A DNA stretch of 10,706 bases from Verrucomicrobiota bacterium (GTDB taxonomy: Bacteria; Verrucomicrobiota; Verrucomicrobiia; Verrucomicrobiales; DEV007), in assembly GCA_045046875.1 (NCBI GenBank), contig JASFYY010000021.1:1-10706 (forward strand), given 5' to 3'. The notes beneath the pieces were generated by a model. The model was given only the letters and a program-made list of their open reading frames with translations, had not been told where the DNA came from and did no database searches. This document shows positions 7,285-10,706 of this stretch, piece by piece. The translations under genes were made by a program, and so were the position numbers. Position 1 is the first letter of the stretch. Every line of letters starts with the position of its first letter.

Positions 7285-7941
7285 TTATTCCTGCCAACCC
7301 AATACCGCCAACATTCGCCCAGTCAAACCTTTCTCCCGACGATACGAATAATATCGGTCCACCGCGGCAGCCGTGCAAACTCGTTCGTCGTGGATATTTT
7401 TCTCCAGCAAGCCTGCCGTCCGGCACTGATCTCTAATCGTCGCAGCAAAATCAATCTCATACCATGGCGGACGAATGCAGGGGCTCAGCTGGGCTATCAA
7501 ATTTTGCGGAATACTGCCATACTCGCGTTCCATCAACTCGATCGCCTGAGGCACGATCTCCTGCTCTGTCCCACATTTCCCCGAATGCAAAAGCGAACAG
7601 GCCTTGTTTTCCACGTCCACCACAAACACCGCGCAACAGTCCGCTACATAAATCCCCAAAGTCGATCCCTGCACAGAAGTCATCAAACCATCCGCGGCTG
7701 ATTGCAAAACTGCACTGCCCTGATCGTCACAGCTGGCGATGAGGCTGCCATGAACCTGCTCCGCCGTCCACAGACGGGAAACATCCATCCCCATACCCGA
7801 AAGCAACTCATCATGCTCCGGCTTCAATCGGCGCATGGCTTCATCCCTCTCAACGGCCACATCCACACCTGGCACACGTTGCACAAAAGCGTGCCGCAAA
7901 CCCTCAATTCCCGATAATGCCCTAAATGATTCAACCCACAT
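7285..7941 (-). CDS. yfiH: YfiH/PgeF (LACC1/FAMIN-like, 'polyphenol oxidase' family) purine nucleoside-metabolising enzyme, 218 aa
   Basis: EQVHG (His64), ADGL, ADC (Cys102) and HSG (His119) give the His-Cys-His triad; C-terminal YYSYRRE..TGRM. Confidence 0.88.
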   Translation of the reverse strand: MWVESFRALSGIEGLRHAFVQRVPGVDVAVERDEAMRRLKPEHDELLSGMGMDVSRLWTAEQVHGSLIASCDDQGSAVLQSAADGLMTSVQGSTLGIYVADCCAVFVVDVENKACSLLHSGKCGTEQEIVPQAIELMEREYGSIPQNLIAQLSPCIRPPWYEIDFAATIRDQCRTAGLLEKNIHDERVCTAAAVDRYYSYRREKGLTGRMLAVLGWQE

Positions 7942-7955
7942 ATTATTGCCTATTC

Positions 7956-7996
7956 AAAAAAAATCCGCCATTCGCTCGCACGCGATGACGGATTTT
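7956..7996 (-). terminator. Rho-independent terminator downstream of the MarR gene
   Basis: The - strand reads AAAATCCGTCATCGC-GTGCGA-GCGAATGGCGGATTTTTTTT: a GC-rich stem with one G-U pair and one bulge, followed by a U8 tract. Confidence 0.75.
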
Positions 7997-8054
7997 CTCA
8001 CGATCAATTATTAACTCGGACAATCGTTATTACCAAAATTTTCCAGTCTCTATT

Positions 8055-8513
8055 TTATACGCCCGCCATGAACTCGCGCAACTGGGGAGGAATCGATTCT
8101 TTTTTCTCCACATCTTCCGCTTCTCCGCCGACCATCGCCGAAGTAACACTTCTGGCGATCACATCGCGCAAGCGTTTGACCAATTCGATGCCTTTGCGGG
8201 AAATCTGTACCATCACCTTGCGGCGATCATCCGCAGCATGCAAGCGCTGCACATAACCCAGCTTCTCCAAACGATCCACCAAGCCAGTGGCAGCTGCCGT
8301 AGAGTGACCCATTTTCCTGGCGATGTCAGTCATTGTCAGATACTCCTCCTTGGCCAGATAACCCAGCAGGAAAAATTGGGCGTAAGAAACTTTGCCGTCA
8401 TTCAGTTCGTTCGAGAGATCGAGTAAAAATGATCTCTGGGTGAACATGATAAAATCCGCCAGTTGATCCACGCGATTCGCCACTTCCTTATTTTGTTCTT
8501 CAATTACCTGCAT
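8055..8513 (-). CDS. MarR family winged-helix transcriptional regulator, 152 aa
   Basis: QFFLL..L, LTMTDIARKMGHSTAAATGLVDRLEKLGYVQR (HTH) and DRRKVMVQISRKG (wing, DxR). AGGAG ribosome-binding site at 8527-8523. Confidence 0.93.
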   Translation of the reverse strand: MQVIEEQNKEVANRVDQLADFIMFTQRSFLLDLSNELNDGKVSYAQFFLLGYLAKEEYLTMTDIARKMGHSTAAATGLVDRLEKLGYVQRLHAADDRRKVMVQISRKGIELVKRLRDVIARSVTSAMVGGEAEDVEKKESIPPQLREFMAGV

Positions 8514-8554
8514 TGTCTTTGTCTCCTAATGATTTGGTTTTTTAGCAACAAGAG

Positions 8555-8584
8555 AATTTAACCAGAAATCCTCATCCTCCGCAA
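8555..8584 (-). promoter_or_regulatory. Putative sigma70 promoter of the MarR gene
   Basis: On the - strand: TTGCGG (8584-8579), 18-nt spacer, TAAATT (8560-8555), with a very AT-rich tract upstream that could act as an UP element. Confidence 0.35.
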
Positions 8585-9034
8585 GTATAATTTTAAAATA
8601 ATCATAATTACCAGAGATACTTTAGTGATATAGTTAATTTATATTAAAAATATTGCCTGCTTACAAGGATTCTTTCGCAAAAATTAAATATAAATTCGAT
8701 TGGATTGTCATTTTTGAGAAACTTTTATGCAGAACTTGGAAATAACGGGAAATAAATTTATAAATTATTTACCATCCGCCGATGAAAGTAGCAGGCCCGA
8801 CGCTCAGTCACCATTGCGCCGACAACAAGCAGCAGCTGTCGCTGCTAATTGTTTGGCAAATTGTTTACTGAAGGCACTTCTGATCACAAAAACCAAAATC
8901 AACGGTTATCGACGCAACAAGCTATACAATAATCCTAAATACACTTCGTACCCTGCCCCCTTAAACATCCAATTCACCGCTCTGCGCAAAAAATAGGTGA
9001 CACCGATGAGTATTTTCCCCAACTTGAAAACATC

Positions 9035-9058
9035 ATCCCGGAATTCTGGGATTAATAT
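9035..9058 (+). promoter_or_regulatory. 18-bp near-perfect palindrome abutting a candidate -10 element of the sulfatase gene
   Basis: ATCCC-G-GAATTC-T-GGGAT (9035-9052) has one mismatched pair. TAATAT follows at 9053-9058, and the ATG is at 9069. Confidence 0.4.
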
Positions 9059-9068
9059 ACCCGTCTAG

Positions 9069-10589
9069 ATGAACTCGCCGCAAAAAAGCAAAAAAACAAA
9101 TCCCCGAAAAAATAAATCCGCGCACTGGGTCGGCTTAATCGGCGGAGTCCTGTTGTTCAGCTCCCAAGTAAGCTGCGAGCGCCACTCAGCCACAGCAACT
9201 GAGACCAAAACAACACCCAATGTGTTGTTCATCGCCATTGATGACTTGTCCAACGCCTTGGGCTGCTACGGGGACCCTGTCGCTAAAACCCCTCACCTCG
9301 ATGGCTTGTCCGCGCGCGGCGTGCGTTTTGACCAGGCCTATTGCCAACTCCCCCTGTGCAATCCAAGCCGCGCATCGGTGATGACCGGCCTGCGCCCCGA
9401 CACGATTCGAGTATACGATCTCGACGCTCACTTTCGCGATACCTTACCCAAGGCGGTTACCCTTTCGGAGTTATTTCGCAACAATGACTACCGGGTCGAA
9501 CGGGTCGGTAAAATTTATCACTACAACGTACCCGCAAGCATCGGCACCGACGGTCACGACGACCCGCAAAGCTGGGATCACACCACTAACCCTAAAGGTC
9601 GTGACACAGAGGAAGAACACCTGATCACCAATCTCGAACCGCATCGCAAAATCAGCGCCGCGCTCTGCTGGCTTGCTGCGGACGGCACCGATGAAGAACA
9701 AACCGATGGCATGGTGGCCACTGAAGCGATCAAAATCATGGAGGCCAATCAGGGCCAGCCTTTTTTTCTCGGAGTGGGGTTTTTTCGCCCCCACACGCCC
9801 TACGTGGCTCCCAAAAAATACTTCGACCTTTACCCGATGGAGCAGATCAAGTTCCCTTATGCCCCTGAAAATGACCGTGACGACATTCCTCCCGCTGCTT
9901 TTGCCCACAATTGTCCGAATCCCAATTACAATCTGCCGGTCGAAAGGTGCCTCGAAGCAAAACGCGCTTATTACGCCACCGTGTCCTTTGTTGATGCCCA
10001 GATCGGTCGTTTGTTCAAAGCCCTCGAGCGCCTGAACCTCGCTGAGAACACTATCATCGTCGTCTGGTCCGATCATGGTTATCATCTCGGCGAGCATCAG
10101 GGCATTTGGCAAAAACGCAGCCTCTTTGAAGAGTCCGCCCGCGCCCCGCTGATTGTCTATGCGCCTCAAGCGAAAGGCAACGGCAAGCCCTGCGGGCGAG
10201 TCGTCGAATTTGTCGACATCTACCCCACCATTGCTGAGTTGTGCGGCTTGACTCCCCCTACCAAGCTCGAAGGCCAGAGCCTCAAGCCACTACTGGACAA
10301 CCCCGATCGGGACTGGAAAGAAGTAGCCGTCACCCAGGTGCTTCGACCAGGCGAAAATGGCAAGATGATCATGGGACGCAGCATCCGTACCGAGCGATGG
10401 CGTTACACTGAATGGAACGGTGGCGAGGCCGGCACCGAATTATACGATCACGCCGCCGACGCCAAAGAATTCACCAACTTGATTGACTCGGATCAAGCCA
10501 AAGACGTCATCCCCAAGCTGAAAAAAATATTGGACCAACGAGCTCAAGCCGGACCACCTCCATCCCCGGTGAACCCCAAACGCTTGTAA
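9069..10589 (+). CDS. Formylglycine-dependent (Cys-type) S1 sulfatase, iduronate-2-sulfatase-like, with N-terminal export signal, 506 aa
   Basis: Motifs [22 protein letters not shown] (CxPxR, Cys97), [31 protein letters not shown] and RWRYTEW...ELYD. Basic N-terminus followed by a hydrophobic stretch. Subfamily is by motif resemblance only; substrate unknown. Confidence 0.93.
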   Translation: MNSPQKSKKTNPRKNKSAHWVGLIGGVLLFSSQVSCERHSATATETKTTPNVLFIAIDDLSNALGCYGDPVAKTPHLDGLSARGVRFDQAYCQLPLCNPSRASVMTGLRPDTIRVYDLDAHFRDTLPKAVTLSELFRNNDYRVERVGKIYHYNVPASIGTDGHDDPQSWDHTTNPKGRDTEEEHLITNLEPHRKISAALCWLAADGTDEEQTDGMVATEAIKIMEANQGQPFFLGVGFFRPHTPYVAPKKYFDLYPMEQIKFPYAPENDRDDIPPAAFAHNCPNPNYNLPVERCLEAKRAYYATVSFVDAQIGRLFKALERLNLAENTIIVVWSDHGYHLGEHQGIWQKRSLFEESARAPLIVYAPQAKGNGKPCGRVVEFVDIYPTIAELCGLTPPTKLEGQSLKPLLDNPDRDWKEVAVTQVLRPGENGKMIMGRSIRTERWRYTEWNGGEAGTELYDHAADAKEFTNLIDSDQAKDVIPKLKKILDQRAQAGPPPSPVNPKRL

Positions 10590-10688
10590 CGTCCGGTAAT
10601 TCATCTTTAGCCCTGACCCGCTCTTCAGCTCTCCCCACACGAAATTATTTCGTTGCACAACGACAAAGCTTTGCTTAATTCATTTATT

Positions 10689-10706
10689 ATGAAAACGGAA
10701 AAACAA
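10689..10706 (+). CDS. Possible start of the next gene (MKTEKQ...), truncated by the window edge
   Basis: ATG AAA ACG GAA AAA CAA follows an AT-rich leader 99 nt after the sulfatase stop. Only six codons are visible. Confidence 0.35.

Noticed and set aside
4104..8513. Horizontal-transfer island suggested by G/T-rich codons on the - strand versus C-rich codons in parE/parC
   Set aside because: The genes are housekeeping and there is no integrase, transposase, tRNA or flanking repeat. The + strand looks C/A-rich throughout (judged by eye), so replication strand skew is the simpler explanation.
8727..8996. 89-aa plus-strand ORF in the MarR-sulfatase intergenic region
   Set aside because: It has no ribosome-binding site or recognisable domain, and its AT-rich codons are unlike neighbouring genes. 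It cannot be fully excluded without ribosome profiling or a homology search.
8771..9030. Known riboswitch or hammerhead ribozyme (CCGATGA and GGCAAA words)
   Set aside because: Only isolated words match. The required cores (CUGAUGA...GAAA, or the c-di-GMP-I GAAA tetraloop and receptor architecture) are absent.
9186..10658. Antisense and alternative ORFs over the sulfatase (9186-9431, 9471-10169, 9673-10035, 10440-10658)
   Set aside because: They are shadows of the strongly supported sulfatase CDS.

Overview
This is a mostly housekeeping bacterial window. Gene content and protein styles suggest the PVC superphylum, most likely Verrucomicrobiota (inference, not a database result). The + strand carries a type IIA topoisomerase pair of the short topo IV type (parE, parC). 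Converging on it from the - strand are a MarR regulator, a terminator-like hairpin, yfiH/pgeF, ispE and moaD, then a probable separate unit: GYF_2-RDD membrane protein, Zn-finger membrane protein and acpS. A 555-bp AT-rich divergent intergenic region precedes an exported Cys-type sulfatase, and another gene may start at the right edge. I see no mobile element, CRISPR array, tRNA or rRNA, and no complete novel multi-gene system can be established from the sequence. The best candidate for undescribed biology is the pair of uncharacterised membrane proteins at 4506-6082. They share a CxxC-x17-CxxC module whose zinc ligands appear selectively lost. Also notable are a ParC lacking both quinolone-bridge residues, several candidate operators, and a 10-nt-period repeat at the left edge.
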